Below are positions 44,032-54,600 of a DNA stretch of 64,000 nt, piece after piece. Within the stretch, counting starts at the first letter, position 1. Every line of letters begins with the position of its first letter. The position numbers and the translations under genes were made by a program. Source of the stretch: an uncultured Clostridia bacterium (GTDB taxonomy: Bacteria; Bacillota; Clostridia; Christensenellales; Borkfalkiaceae); contig CANRHI010000001.1 in NCBI GenBank assembly GCA_947630365.1, forward strand, positions 3,927 to 67,926, given 5' to 3'. Below the pieces are notes generated by a model. It did not search any database. It saw nothing but the letters and a program-made list of their open reading frames with translations, and was not told the origin of the DNA.

Positions 44032-45687
44032 ATGAAAAAATTTCTTTCACTTATCCTCGCATCGGTCATGATCGCGGCGGTCGGCGCATCGTTTGTCGGG
44101 TGCGGCGAAGAGGCGGGCGGCCAGCAGGGCGGCGGCAACACCCCTTCGGGCGGCAACACGCCTTCGGACGGCGGGAGCACGGATACGCCCACCCTCGAGC
44201 AGGTCGCCGTGCGCGACGAGCTCAAGGCGACGACGGTGCGCATCCTCCTTCCTTCCTCGACGACCGTTCCCGATTCCGCCAACGTCGTGAAGGCCATCAA
44301 CAAAAAACTCATGCGGGACGGCAAGCCCTACACCGTCCAATTCGATTACGCGGCAGACGGCAACTACGCCGTCAACCTCGAGGACAAAGCCAAGCAGGGG
44401 TACGACGCGGCTTGGTCGCATGCCGACCTCTTCGAGGACCTCATCAGCAAGGAGGTCATCAAGACCAACCTCATGCCCTATATGGAGAAGTGGGGGCAGC
44501 CCATTTTGAACGACGTGCCCTCCTACTCCTTCGACCAATTTATCGACTACAGAACGGGCGGGCTGTGCGCCATTCCCCGCCACATGCCCACCGCCGACGA
44601 CCGCATGCGCCTGCTCGTCCGCAAGGACTGGATGGAGGAAGCGGGCATCGACGAGATCAAGGATATCGACACGCTCGACGAGTACTTCCACGCCGTGCAG
44701 CAGACCCACGGCTCGATGCAGGGCTTCGTGACCCTTTGGCCCGACTACGGCAACGTGCACCTTCTCCGCGAGTACGCGCCCACCTACTACTTCCCGTGCG
44801 GCTCGGATACCTACCCCGTCTACATCGACCTCACCGACCCCGACCTTCAAGTGAAGAACTTCTTCCAGACGTCGGTATTCCGCAGATGGGTGGAAACGAG
44901 CGAGGGCTATGTCCAACAAGGGCTCGCGCCGAGAGAGGCGCGCTCGGGCACGGCGGAAGCGCTCTTCTATACGGGGCTGTGCGGCGCCATTTCCGACTAT
45001 TCCGTCGTCAAGCTCTCCGAGCGGTACCTCAACTTTAAGCGGGAACAAGTCTCCGGGCAGCTGTACGACGTGTTCTTCGAGGACGAGGACAACAAGAAGT
45101 GGGTCATGCGCGGCGGCGACAACTGCATGGTCGTGCTCGCCAATTCCCAGAACGTGGAGGAGACCATCGACTTCTTCGCTTGGACCAAAAACCAAGAGAA
45201 CCACGACCTCGTCACCCTCGGCGTGAAGGGCGAAAACTACTACCTCACGGAAAACGGCAGGATCACCTTCACCGACCCCGCCACGGGCGACAAGATCCCT
45301 ACCGAAAAGCAATTTTCCGCCGCCGCTCCCTACTGGGCGTACAACGACATCACCTACCAGCGCTGGGCGGACGGCATCGACGAGGCTTGGATCGAGGAGA
45401 CCGTCAACTGGGAAAAGAACGACGAAAACGGCAACCCCGTCAACTACCAGGTCTCCCCGCTCAACGGATTTAATATCGTCTACACGAGCGCGTACAAGAT
45501 CGCCATCCAAAAGGTGAGCGACAAGACCGCCTCCATGGGGCAGCTCCTCGAAGGCCGCGTCGCCAATTCGGAGGAGGTCATCGCCAAGATGGTCGCAGAC
45601 GTCAACGCCAACGGCATGAGCGAGCTCATCGCCGAAGTGCAGCGGCAGGTCGACGCGTTCCTCGCGTACAAGAATTCCAAGAAATAA
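44032..45687 (+). CDS. Extracellular solute-binding lipoprotein (LplA-type, large family-1 SBP)
   Basis: Lipobox ASFVGCGEE. 551 aa. It follows the two permeases. Confidence 0.8.
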   Translation: MKKFLSLILASVMIAAVGASFVGCGEEAGGQQGGGNTPSGGNTPSDGGSTDTPTLEQVAVRDELKATTVRILLPSSTTVPDSANVVKAINKKLMRDGKPYTVQFDYAADGNYAVNLEDKAKQGYDAAWSHADLFEDLISKEVIKTNLMPYMEKWGQPILNDVPSYSFDQFIDYRTGGLCAIPRHMPTADDRMRLLVRKDWMEEAGIDEIKDIDTLDEYFHAVQQTHGSMQGFVTLWPDYGNVHLLREYAPTYYFPCGSDTYPVYIDLTDPDLQVKNFFQTSVFRRWVETSEGYVQQGLAPREARSGTAEALFYTGLCGAISDYSVVKLSERYLNFKREQVSGQLYDVFFEDEDNKKWVMRGGDNCMVVLANSQNVEETIDFFAWTKNQENHDLVTLGVKGENYYLTENGRITFTDPATGDKIPTEKQFSAAAPYWAYNDITYQRWADGIDEAWIEETVNWEKNDENGNPVNYQVSPLNGFNIVYTSAYKIAIQKVSDKTASMGQLLEGRVANSEEVIAKMVADVNANGMSELIAEVQRQVDAFLAYKNSKK

Positions 45688-45699
45688 GGGAGGAGAAGC

Positions 45700-48009
45700 A
45701 TGAAGAGGGCAGCGGCGATCATGATGACGGCATTTATGGCATTCTCCCTTGCGGCATGCGGCGGCACCCCCGAGGACCCCGCGGGGCAGCTCCCCGAAGA
45801 GGAGCCCCCCAAGGTGCAGGACGAGGAACAACCCAAGGAAAAGGTAACACTGCTCTTCGAGGTCGATGAGGGCTTGAACGGCGTGGAATTCGTCTCGGGC
45901 TGCAAGAATGCGGACGGCAGCTATAACTGGGAGCGCATGGACCTCGTTTTGAACAACGTCTACGAGGGCATCAAAGACCTCGCCCCCAAATTCCAACCCG
46001 CCGTGCATATCTACTTCAATTGGTATTACGATGCGGACGGCTGGGCGGGGAGGGACCCGAGCGAGCCTTTGAACCGTTGGGATCCTTGCCTCTTCTACGA
46101 ATTGGATTTCTTCAAGGAGAAGGGCATTCCCGTATACTTCGAGTGGATCTCCTCGGGCAACTGGACCAACCAAAACGGCGAACAGGGGACGCTCCCCGTC
46201 GTCGATATCAACCTTGGCACGGAGGGGAAGGAGCCCAACTTCGTGAAGGGCTTCTCGGCGGACATCGCCGCCGTCAAGGCGCTCCATGCCGCCTATCCCG
46301 AAACGTTCGTCGGCGTCCGCTTCCACGAGCTCGTCGGCACCAACCGCGGCGGGCACGAGGGCAATCCCCATTGCTTTATCATCGAAGAGGAAAACGTCTT
46401 TGCCCTCATCGACGCCTGCGCGGACATGGGCATCCGGCTCATTTGGTCGGACCATTCGTGGGCGGAAATGTACGGCGAGGAGAGCGCGTGGTTCGACCGC
46501 GTGAAATACGCCGAGAATACGCTCGGGGAGAATTTCACCCTCATGTGGGCGAACAACGCGGGAACGTACTTCGTCGATTACCTCAACTTCAAGCTCTACC
46601 CGCAGTTCAAGCAAGACTTCCCGACGGCGAAGCTCGGGCTCTCCGCACAGGACTGGGTGATGAGCGTGTACTATCTTCTCGGCGGCACGCCCGAGCCCGT
46701 CACGGGTCCCGGGGAATGCGATACGCCCATCGAGCTCACGGCGGGCTTCACGCTTGCCGCCATCAACGAGGGGGCGACCTTCATTCAGTACGAGCCGAGC
46801 TACCAATTCTTCAACTGGCCGCGCTCCATCTACGTCTGCAACGTCGTGGGGCAGGGCGGCGACCAACCGGGCAAGGGCAAGCTCATGGCGACTTATACCC
46901 CGCCCACAAGCCAGCTCGAAGGGGACGACTTCGACTATTCTCCCCGCCTCGAGCTCAAGCGGCTCGTCGATATTCTGAATTCGGGAAGCCAACAGTTTGC
47001 CAACATCCCCGACTTCTACGACGACAACATGCCGCGCATCTCGGCGAAGAGCCTGCAAGACCCCGCCAAGACATATTCGCAGGTGACCGTCGCCGCAACG
47101 ACGACGGACGGCGAAAATTACTACTTCGACCACTACAACAACGATGCGTCCAAGTGGCTCGAGCAGAACGAAAACCGCTACACCTCCCGCGTGTTCCATG
47201 AAAACGTCCTCGCCTCGGCGCGCGTCCTCTGCAACGACCACGCCTACGACGAGGTGGTGACGGCGGTCAACGAAAACGGCAAGAAGGTCGGCTACTTCTT
47301 CAATGCGAGAAGCTGCCTTCTCTCCTGCAACGAGACCATCTTCGCCGACAACGACAAGGGCGAATTCGTCGCCTTCACGACCGCCAATCTCATCAAGGCG
47401 AAGGTCTCCTCCGTCAACATGGATTGCGACGAGATCGTCGTCGCGCGGAAGAAGGGGAACACCATCAACCTCACCCTCTACCAAGCCATCGCCAAGACGG
47501 TGAACACCGCCGACAAATCGGGCAACTTCGACTATCAGGAGGTCACGGGGAACGTGGATTCTTACATCGTCGTGAAGATGCTCGGCGGCAGGGAGCTCGA
47601 TGCGGAGGGCTTTTTGGGGCTCGTGGGCGTCCGCGACGCCATCTCCATCGGGCGGAATTCCCGCCTCCGCAACGTGGACGGCCTGTTTGCGGCCTACAAG
47701 ACGGCAGACGGCGTGAAGCTCGTCGGGCGGCGCGACAAGGGCGCCGAAAAGGCGGAGATCGCCATCAAGACGGATGGAACGGTCACGGCGGTCGCCGCGG
47801 GAGACTGGGACCTCGACCTTCTCATGAAGGACGAATTGCTCGTCGCCGTCGAGAAGGACGGAAACACCGTGATCCAAGGCTACAAGCTCCTCTCGGACAC
47901 CGCCGTCGGGAGGCTCACAGGGACGCTGGAAATCAAGGGCAAGAGCCTCAAACATCTTGCCACCTATCGCAAGGCGTTCTTCGTATTCGATACCGAGCTC
48001 GAGCGATGA
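45700..48009 (+). CDS. Lipoprotein of unknown function embedded in the glycan-utilisation operon
   Basis: Lipobox FSLAACGG. 769 aa. No recognised catalytic motif. The stop overlaps the next start (ATGA at 48006-09). Confidence 0.6.
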   Translation: MKRAAAIMMTAFMAFSLAACGGTPEDPAGQLPEEEPPKVQDEEQPKEKVTLLFEVDEGLNGVEFVSGCKNADGSYNWERMDLVLNNVYEGIKDLAPKFQPAVHIYFNWYYDADGWAGRDPSEPLNRWDPCLFYELDFFKEKGIPVYFEWISSGNWTNQNGEQGTLPVVDINLGTEGKEPNFVKGFSADIAAVKALHAAYPETFVGVRFHELVGTNRGGHEGNPHCFIIEEENVFALIDACADMGIRLIWSDHSWAEMYGEESAWFDRVKYAENTLGENFTLMWANNAGTYFVDYLNFKLYPQFKQDFPTAKLGLSAQDWVMSVYYLLGGTPEPVTGPGECDTPIELTAGFTLAAINEGATFIQYEPSYQFFNWPRSIYVCNVVGQGGDQPGKGKLMATYTPPTSQLEGDDFDYSPRLELKRLVDILNSGSQQFANIPDFYDDNMPRISAKSLQDPAKTYSQVTVAATTTDGENYYFDHYNNDASKWLEQNENRYTSRVFHENVLASARVLCNDHAYDEVVTAVNENGKKVGYFFNARSCLLSCNETIFADNDKGEFVAFTTANLIKAKVSSVNMDCDEIVVARKKGNTINLTLYQAIAKTVNTADKSGNFDYQEVTGNVDSYIVVKMLGGRELDAEGFLGLVGVRDAISIGRNSRLRNVDGLFAAYKTADGVKLVGRRDKGAEKAEIAIKTDGTVTAVAAGDWDLDLLMKDELLVAVEKDGNTVIQGYKLLSDTAVGRLTGTLEIKGKSLKHLATYRKAFFVFDTELER

Positions 48010-49204
48010 TGAAAGGGAAATTCAAAGCGTTTACAATTTTATTCGCGCTGCTCTTGCTCCCGCTCTCCCTCACGGGCGTGACCGCCTCGGCGGAGGAGAG
48101 CTCCCCGGTCGAGCCCATCCGCACCATCAACGACTACGACGCCTCGGAGTGGACCCTTCCCTCGGGCGCGGTCGCCGAGCAGGTGCAAAAGGACGGCAAG
48201 TACCAAGGCGTGGAGATGCGCGGAGCGGACGGCTTCACCGTAAAGCGGGAGGGGCTCGACCTCATGGAATTCATGGTCGACTTCTCCGTGTTTCCCGCGG
48301 AGGGCGAGAGCCCGACCGTCACGCTGGCGCTCGAAGGGGAAAGCGGCACGGTCGCTTCCTTCGGAGTCCTCGTCGGGGAGAAAAACTACTCCGCCGAGCT
48401 CTCCGTCGGCGGCAAAACGGTCAAGCTCACCCGCGTTTCGTATGGCAAGGGGGGAGAGGGGAAGCAGATCGAGCTCCGCCTCGCCTACGATACCCTCTTA
48501 AACCTCGAAACGCAGGTAAAGAGCGACGGGTGGAATTTCGTCGCGGGGTGCGACCGCATGTCCAACAAGCAGTGCAACGTCTTTACGGGGAACGCCGAAG
48601 AGAAAGCGGCTGTGAGGGGGAGATCGGCAGTTTGCTCTCCCCCCACCTCGGGGAGCGGGTGGATCTCTCGCTCACGCTCCAAGGGACGTCCGAGCCCCGC
48701 GTCTTTCTCACCCAGCTTTGCGACGACTACTACTACGACTACGCCCTCTTCCCCGCGCCCACGGTGAAGAGCGAGGAGGACGTGTACTACAACCGCATCG
48801 CGTTCAGCTGGGACTTGCCCGACGTCGGGCAATATCCGAGGAGCGGATTCAAGGTGGAGCGGCTCAACGAGGGTAGGCTGGAAAAGATCCTCTCCTTCGA
48901 TACCGTGTACGCCTCCTCCGTCTCCGAGACCCGCCTCAGCCAGGGCACTTCTTACGAGTATCGGGTGAGCGCGTTCGAGGAGGTCGATACCCTTCTCAAC
49001 GCCATCGCCTGCTATCGGGTGACGTTTAAGTACGAACCCATCACGGTCGGCACGCTCGAGGGCAACGTTTGGCTGCTCGTCATCACCATCCTCGCAGTCG
49101 TTTTCGTGCTCGCCGCCATCATCGTCGGTTACGTCTACTTCAACGACGTAAGACGGCATATCCGGAATAAGCGCAAAGAGAAGAAGCAGATCCATGCAGT
49201 TTGA
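48006..49204 (+). pseudogene. Frameshifted gene for a secreted, membrane-anchored beta-sandwich/FN3-like protein
   Basis: Frame A (MMKGKFKAFTILFALLLLPLSLTGVTASAEE...) looks coding up to about 48615. The -1 frame (B) looks coding from about 48620 (GEIGSLLSPHLGERVDLSLTLQG...FN3-like...TM LLVITILAVVFVLAAIIVGYV) to 49204. G5 (48616-20) and C6 (48639-44) runs lie at the junction. Confidence 0.55.
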
Positions 49205-52178
49205 CGAAATTCATTTACCCGATTGGAACAATGTAGCGATCCTCGGGAGGAACAAGCTCCCCGCGCGGTCGTACTTTATCCACTACCCCAATGCCCGCAC
49301 CGCCCGCGGGAACCGTTTGCCCTCCGCCTCGCCCATGGTGACGACGCTCGGCGGCAAATGGAGTTTTAAGTACCTCGACTCGGCGCAAAAGCTCGAAGCG
49401 GACGACATCACGGGCCCCATGGAGGGCTGGCGGGAGATTCCCGTGCCCTCCGTTTGGCAGTTGCAGGGCGTGGAGCGCCCCTTCTATGTGAACGTGGCGT
49501 TCCCCTTCCCCGCGACGCCGCCCCTCGTGCCCTTCTTAAATCCCGTCGGCGTCTACCGCCGCACCTTCGAGGCGAAGAAGGCAAAGACGCGCATCCTCAC
49601 CTTCCTCGGCGTGAGCTCGGCGTTTCACGTCTACCTCAACGGCGTGCTCGCGGGATACAGCGAGGGGAGCCACAACAGCGCGGAATTCGACGTTTCGCAC
49701 CTCGTGAAGGCGGGGAGCAACGAAATTGCGGTCGTCGTCTACAAGTGGTGCAACGGGAGCTATCTCGAATGCCAGGACATGTTCCGCCACAACGGCATCT
49801 TCCGCGACGTGTTCCTCACCGAACTTCCCGCGGCGAGCGTTTTCGATATCGCCTCAAACAGCCGCGAGCGGGACGGGGGCTTCGAGTGGGAGGCGAGCGT
49901 TACTATCCGCGGCTCCCTTCGCGGCACCGCCTGCATCACTCTCACGGGGGAAGAGGGCGTCGTCGCCTGTTCGGGCACGATCCCCTTAAAGCGGACGCTG
50001 CTTTTTAAGCAATTCTTGCCGCATATCCGCCGCTGGACCGCCGAAACGCCGCACATTTACCACCTCTCCGTCTCCATTTTTTCGGAGGGGAAGGAGTGCG
50101 ACTTTGCCGAGGTCGTCACGGGATTTCGCACCGTCTCCACCGAGGGCGGCGTGTTCCGCGTGAACGGCGTTCCCATCAAGTGCAAGGGCGTCAACCATCA
50201 CGATACCCATCCGCGCAAGGGCTTCGCCTTGAGCGTGGACGACTACGAGCGGGACGTGCGCCTCATGAAGGCGTTCAACGTGGATACCGTGCGTTTTTCG
50301 CACTATCCGCCCCATCCGTACATGCTCGAGCTGTGCGATACATACGGCATTTATGTGGTCGACGAGGCGGATATCGAGAGCCACGGCGAGCTCTTCATGA
50401 AGGAGGGCCCCGCGGCGTTCTCCAACCGAAAGGACTTCCGTCCCGCCTTCCTCGACCGCACCCTGCGCCTGTATCGGCGGGATAAAAACCACCCCTGCGT
50501 CATCATGTGGTCGCTCGGAAACGAGAGCGGCTTCGGCAGAAACCACATGGCGTCTTACCGCATGCTCAAAAAGCTCACGGATACCCCCATCCACTACGAG
50601 GGCTCGCGCGAGCGGAAGGGCTGCCCGGGGCTCGACGTCATCTCCAACATGTACCCGCCGATCCCCGAGATGAAGCGCGTTCTCGCCGCCTACAAGGGCA
50701 CGTTGCCCTATTTCCTGTGCGAATACGCCCATTGCATGGGTGTGGGTCCGGGAAATTTGAAGGGCTATTGGGAGCTCATGGAGAGCGAGCCGCAGTGCAT
50801 GGGCGGGTGCATCTGGGAATTTGCCGACCACTGCTACCTCGAGAAGGGGGACTTCCGCTACGGCGGCGACGGCGGGGAATACATTACCGACGGCGACTTC
50901 TGCGCGGACGGCATGTTCCTTGCGGACCGCACGCCGCGCTCCTCCGCCTTTGAGGTGAAGAACGCCTATCGGCCGGTCGTCTCCCGCCGCGAACACAACA
51001 AGCTCATCTTCTTCAACCGTAGAAGTTTTACGGATACATCGGATATCACCATCGTCCTCGAATGGACAGAGGGCGATGAGGCAGTCAAACGCGAAAACCT
51101 CGTCGAAGCCATCCCCCCTCGCTCGACGTGGGAATACACTCTTCCCGATGGTGCGCCCGCACGGTTTTTGAATATTTCCTACCGCATCGGCGAGCGCACT
51201 GTCGGGGAAGAACAGCACGAGCTGAAAGAATTTTCGGGGAACGTTCTCCCCGCAGGCTATAGCGTGAGCGCCCACAACGGCGGGAGGTACCTCACCGTGG
51301 AGGGCGAGAAGCAAAAGGTCGTCTTCGATCTTGCGGACGGCTCTCTCATCTGCTGGCAGCAAGGCGGCTTCGAGGCCATCAACCAAGCCCCGCGCAACAG
51401 CGGGCTCAACCCCTTCGGCGGGGCGGCGCGCGGCTTCCTCCCCAACCTCATGCGGCGGGGCATCTCCAACGACATGGTCATCCGCAAGCGCTGGGACGAG
51501 GAGCTCCTCTTCGAGCTTTGGCACAACGTCCGCTCGGTCTCGTGGACGAAGGAGGAAGGGCACGTTGCCGTCCGCGTCTTGGAGGACCTCACCCCGCACA
51601 AGAAGGACCGCTTCGCCGAAACCGAGCTTTTGTACCGCATTTACGGCGACAGGATCGAGCTCACCGCCTCCATCCGTTCGGACTTCGAGGAGAAGGTGTA
51701 TCTGCCCCGCTTCGGCGTGCGGGCGGAGCTTTCCCCCGGGCTGGACGCGGTGGAGTACTTCGGCTACGGCCCCCGCGAAAACGAGACGGATTTCCTCCTC
51801 GCCGCGCGGCGCGGAAGGTACGAATGCAAGCTCGAAGAGCTCAACGGCGTCGAGGCGAAGCCGCAAGAGGGCGGCGTGCGCACGGGCGTGGAGCAGTTTG
51901 CGCTCCGCTCCCCGAAGAGCGGCAACGGCGTGGAGATCCTCGCGACGAACGCCCCGCTTTGCGTCGCGGCATATCCCTTCCCCGCGGAGGCATTCGACGC
52001 CTTCCGCCATCGCCGCGAGGTGCGCCCCATGGGCACGACGCAGGTGATGATCGACGGCTTCCGTTCGGGCGTGGGCTCGCAGAGTTGCGGCCACCCGCCC
52101 CTCGAGGAACAGCGCTTCTATCTGAGCCGCGATTGGCAGTCCTTCTCCTTTGCCGCCCGTCTCGTCGGCGAGGACTAA
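49194..52178 (+). CDS. GH2 beta-galactosidase
   Basis: 994 aa. Motifs: NHHDTHP, the acid/base WSLGNESG, the nucleophile region CEYAHCMG, and a C-terminal small-chain domain. Confidence 0.85.
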   Translation: MQFDEIHLPDWNNVAILGRNKLPARSYFIHYPNARTARGNRLPSASPMVTTLGGKWSFKYLDSAQKLEADDITGPMEGWREIPVPSVWQLQGVERPFYVNVAFPFPATPPLVPFLNPVGVYRRTFEAKKAKTRILTFLGVSSAFHVYLNGVLAGYSEGSHNSAEFDVSHLVKAGSNEIAVVVYKWCNGSYLECQDMFRHNGIFRDVFLTELPAASVFDIASNSRERDGGFEWEASVTIRGSLRGTACITLTGEEGVVACSGTIPLKRTLLFKQFLPHIRRWTAETPHIYHLSVSIFSEGKECDFAEVVTGFRTVSTEGGVFRVNGVPIKCKGVNHHDTHPRKGFALSVDDYERDVRLMKAFNVDTVRFSHYPPHPYMLELCDTYGIYVVDEADIESHGELFMKEGPAAFSNRKDFRPAFLDRTLRLYRRDKNHPCVIMWSLGNESGFGRNHMASYRMLKKLTDTPIHYEGSRERKGCPGLDVISNMYPPIPEMKRVLAAYKGTLPYFLCEYAHCMGVGPGNLKGYWELMESEPQCMGGCIWEFADHCYLEKGDFRYGGDGGEYITDGDFCADGMFLADRTPRSSAFEVKNAYRPVVSRREHNKLIFFNRRSFTDTSDITIVLEWTEGDEAVKRENLVEAIPPRSTWEYTLPDGAPARFLNISYRIGERTVGEEQHELKEFSGNVLPAGYSVSAHNGGRYLTVEGEKQKVVFDLADGSLICWQQGGFEAINQAPRNSGLNPFGGAARGFLPNLMRRGISNDMVIRKRWDEELLFELWHNVRSVSWTKEEGHVAVRVLEDLTPHKKDRFAETELLYRIYGDRIELTASIRSDFEEKVYLPRFGVRAELSPGLDAVEYFGYGPRENETDFLLAARRGRYECKLEELNGVEAKPQEGGVRTGVEQFALRSPKSGNGVEILATNAPLCVAAYPFPAEAFDAFRHRREVRPMGTTQVMIDGFRSGVGSQSCGHPPLEEQRFYLSRDWQSFSFAARLVGED

Positions 52179-52188
52179 AGGAGGGAGT

Positions 52189-53184
52189 ATGCGGATCGCC
52201 GTTGCGGGAAACCTCATCGTAGACATTATCAAGCGCATCGAGCGCTATCCCGAAAAAAACATGCTCACCACCGTTTCGGAGATCCGCCGCGGCATCGGCG
52301 GATGCGTTCCGAACGTGGCGATCGATCTGAAAAAGTTGCGGCCCGATTGGAGCGTGGAGGCATACGGTCGGGTCGGAGACGACGGGGAGGGGCGCTTCCT
52401 CGTCGAGGAATTGGGGCGGTACGGCGTCGGAACGGAGCATATCGCCGTCGACCCCGTGCGCAGCACCTCCTTTTGCGACGTCATGATGGAAAAGAGCGGC
52501 GCGCGGACGTTTTTCCACCACCGCGGCGCGAATGCCGCCTTTTCCGAGGAGGACGTCGGCGCCTTGCAGGCGGACCTTCTCCACGTCGGCTACGCGATGC
52601 TGCTCGACGCGCTCGACGAGGCGGACGGGGAGTACGGCACGCGCATGGCGCGCCTTCTTGCGCACGCGCAGCAAAGGGGCATCCTCACCTCGCTCGACGT
52701 CGTTTCCGAGACGAGCGGCAAATTCGAAGCGGTCGTCGTTCCCTCCGTTAAATATTGCGACTATGTCATCCTGAACGAGGCGGAGGCGGGGCTGGTCGCC
52801 GGCATCGAGCCGCGCCGCGCGGACGGCTCCATCGACATGGAGCGTCTCGAGGCGATACTCAAAAAATTTATTTCCTTCGGCGTGGGGCGGAAGGTCGTCG
52901 TCCACTGTCCCGAGCTCGGCGCAAGCATGCGCAAGAGCGGGGAGATGGCGGTCGTTCCCTCTCTGCGGCTGCCGAAGGGGTTCATCAAGGGCACGGTCGG
53001 CGCGGGGGACGCTTTCTGCGCGGGCATGCTCTACGCCGAGCTTTGCGGCATGGGCGACGAGGAAGGTCTGCTCTTTGCGGCGTGTTCGGCGGCGGCAAAT
53101 CTCTCCGCGGAGGACGCCGTGAGCGGCGCGCGCTCGGCGGAGGAGACCTATCTTTTCAAGGAAAAATTCGGAGGTAAACTATGA
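52189..53184 (+). CDS. PfkB-family carbohydrate kinase
   Basis: ATG at 52189 after AAGGAGGGA. C-terminal motif GTVGAGDAFCAG. Confidence 0.8.
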   Translation: MRIAVAGNLIVDIIKRIERYPEKNMLTTVSEIRRGIGGCVPNVAIDLKKLRPDWSVEAYGRVGDDGEGRFLVEELGRYGVGTEHIAVDPVRSTSFCDVMMEKSGARTFFHHRGANAAFSEEDVGALQADLLHVGYAMLLDALDEADGEYGTRMARLLAHAQQRGILTSLDVVSETSGKFEAVVVPSVKYCDYVILNEAEAGLVAGIEPRRADGSIDMERLEAILKKFISFGVGRKVVVHCPELGASMRKSGEMAVVPSLRLPKGFIKGTVGAGDAFCAGMLYAELCGMGDEEGLLFAACSAAANLSAEDAVSGARSAEETYLFKEKFGGKL

Positions 53185-53735
53185 TTTCCAAAAAGCAGTA
53201 CGAAGAGTACGCGCAAAAGACGCTCGAGTACTTCCAAAAGGCGGGCATCGCCGTCACGGAGGAGGAGAAAAAGCGCATCGAGGTCGCCGATCTCGGGCTC
53301 GGCAACTTGCGGGAGGTCGGCTTGCAGCTCCTCGTGTACGTCAACACCGAGAAGGTGTGCGCCAAGGAGATGGTGCTCCTTCCCTTCCAGACCTGCCCCG
53401 AGCATATCCACGTCGCGGGGACGGACGAAAACGGCAAGCCGTTCGAGGGCAAGGAGGAGACCTTCCGCGTCCGCAAGGGCACCTGCTACCTCTATGTGAG
53501 CGGCGAGGGCAAAAAAGAGGATATAAAAGCCAAGCTCCCGCCCACGCCCGTCACCGTGTTTCATGAAATCATCCTGCACGAGGGCGAGCAGTACACCCTG
53601 TTCCCCGGGACATGGCATTGGTTCCAGTCGGGCGAAGAGGGGGCGATCATCTCGGAATTTTCGACCAAGAGCCGTGACGAGTACGACGTATTCACGGATA
53701 AGCGCATCAAGCGCATTCCCGAGGTCGAGGCGTAA
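53181..53735 (+). CDS. D-lyxose/D-mannose ketol-isomerase (cupin, YdaE-like)
   Basis: 184 aa, with an ATGA overlap to the kinase gene. CAKEMVLLPFQTCPEHIH resembles the metal site of the lyxose isomerase family. Confidence 0.65.
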   Translation: MISKKQYEEYAQKTLEYFQKAGIAVTEEEKKRIEVADLGLGNLREVGLQLLVYVNTEKVCAKEMVLLPFQTCPEHIHVAGTDENGKPFEGKEETFRVRKGTCYLYVSGEGKKEDIKAKLPPTPVTVFHEIILHEGEQYTLFPGTWHWFQSGEEGAIISEFSTKSRDEYDVFTDKRIKRIPEVEA

Positions 53736-53745
53736 GGGGAGAGAT

Positions 53746-54600
53746 ATGTTAGTCAATTTGAAGGAAATTTTGGACTACGCGGAAAAGAGAGGCTGCGCCG
53801 TCGGCATGTTCAACGGGACGGGGCTGGACTCCATCCAAGCCGTCATCGGCGCGGCGGAGATGATGGACGAGCCCGTCATCATCGCCCATGCGGAAGTACA
53901 TAACGTCTACAACGATATTTCGCTCGTCGGCCCCGCCATGCTCGCGGCGGCGAAGAACGCCAAGGTGCCCGTCTGCGTGCACCTCGACCACGGCGTGACC
54001 ATGGAGATGATCGATCGGGCGCTTGCGCTCGGCTTCACCTCGGTGATGGTGGACGCCTCCGCCCTTCCCTATGAGGAAAATATCAAAATGACCCAAGAGG
54101 TCGTGAAAAAGGCGCATGCGCAGGGCTGTTCGGTGGAAGCCGAGCTCGGGCGCATCGCCACCACGGAGGCGGGCGGCGAGACCAAGGTGCTTCTCCATGC
54201 GGAGGATTACTACACCGACGCGGACGAGGCGAAGGATTTCGTCGGGCGGACGGGCGTCGACGCGCTCGCCATCGCCTTCGGCACGAGCCACGGCTTCTAC
54301 ACCGCGCCGCCCAAGCTCGATTTCAGCGTCATCGAACGGGTCGCCGCGAGCACGAATGTGCCGCTCGTCATGCATGGCGGCTCGGGGGTGTCCGAAGAGG
54401 GCTTCCGCACCGCCATCAAAGCGGGCATCCGCAAGATCAATTACTATTCGTACATGTCCAAGGCGGGGTACGAGGCGGCGAAGGCGTGCATCGAGAGCGG
54501 GAAAACCAAGTACTTGCACGACGTGGAAGAGGCCGCCCGCGACGCGATGAAAGAGGACGTCATGCGCGCCATCCGCGTATTCTCCCTCCGCGGGGAATAG
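53746..54600 (+). CDS. Class II ketose-bisphosphate aldolase (FBA/tagatose-bisphosphate aldolase family)
   Basis: ATG at 53746 (MLVNLKEILDYAEKRGCAVGMFN). Motifs: HLDHG, GTSHG and MHGGSG. Confidence 0.85.
   Translation: MLVNLKEILDYAEKRGCAVGMFNGTGLDSIQAVIGAAEMMDEPVIIAHAEVHNVYNDISLVGPAMLAAAKNAKVPVCVHLDHGVTMEMIDRALALGFTSVMVDASALPYEENIKMTQEVVKKAHAQGCSVEAELGRIATTEAGGETKVLLHAEDYYTDADEAKDFVGRTGVDALAIAFGTSHGFYTAPPKLDFSVIERVAASTNVPLVMHGGSGVSEEGFRTAIKAGIRKINYYSYMSKAGYEAAKACIESGKTKYLHDVEEAARDAMKEDVMRAIRVFSLRGE

Noticed and set aside
39288-44324. 1678-aa ORF on the minus strand, and similar giants: 44047-47955 (-, 1302 aa), 35203-37707 (-, 834 aa), 56441-59209 (+, 922 aa), 49986-52238 (-, 750 aa), 12457-14019 (-, 520 aa), 3949-5208 (-, 419 aa)
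   Set aside because: These are antisense shadows of well-supported genes in high-GC DNA. Their translations are Arg/Gly/Ala/Pro-rich low-complexity sequence with no motifs, RBS or signal features. The opposite strand encodes recognisable ABC permeases, GH2, GH38, a P-type ATPase and others.
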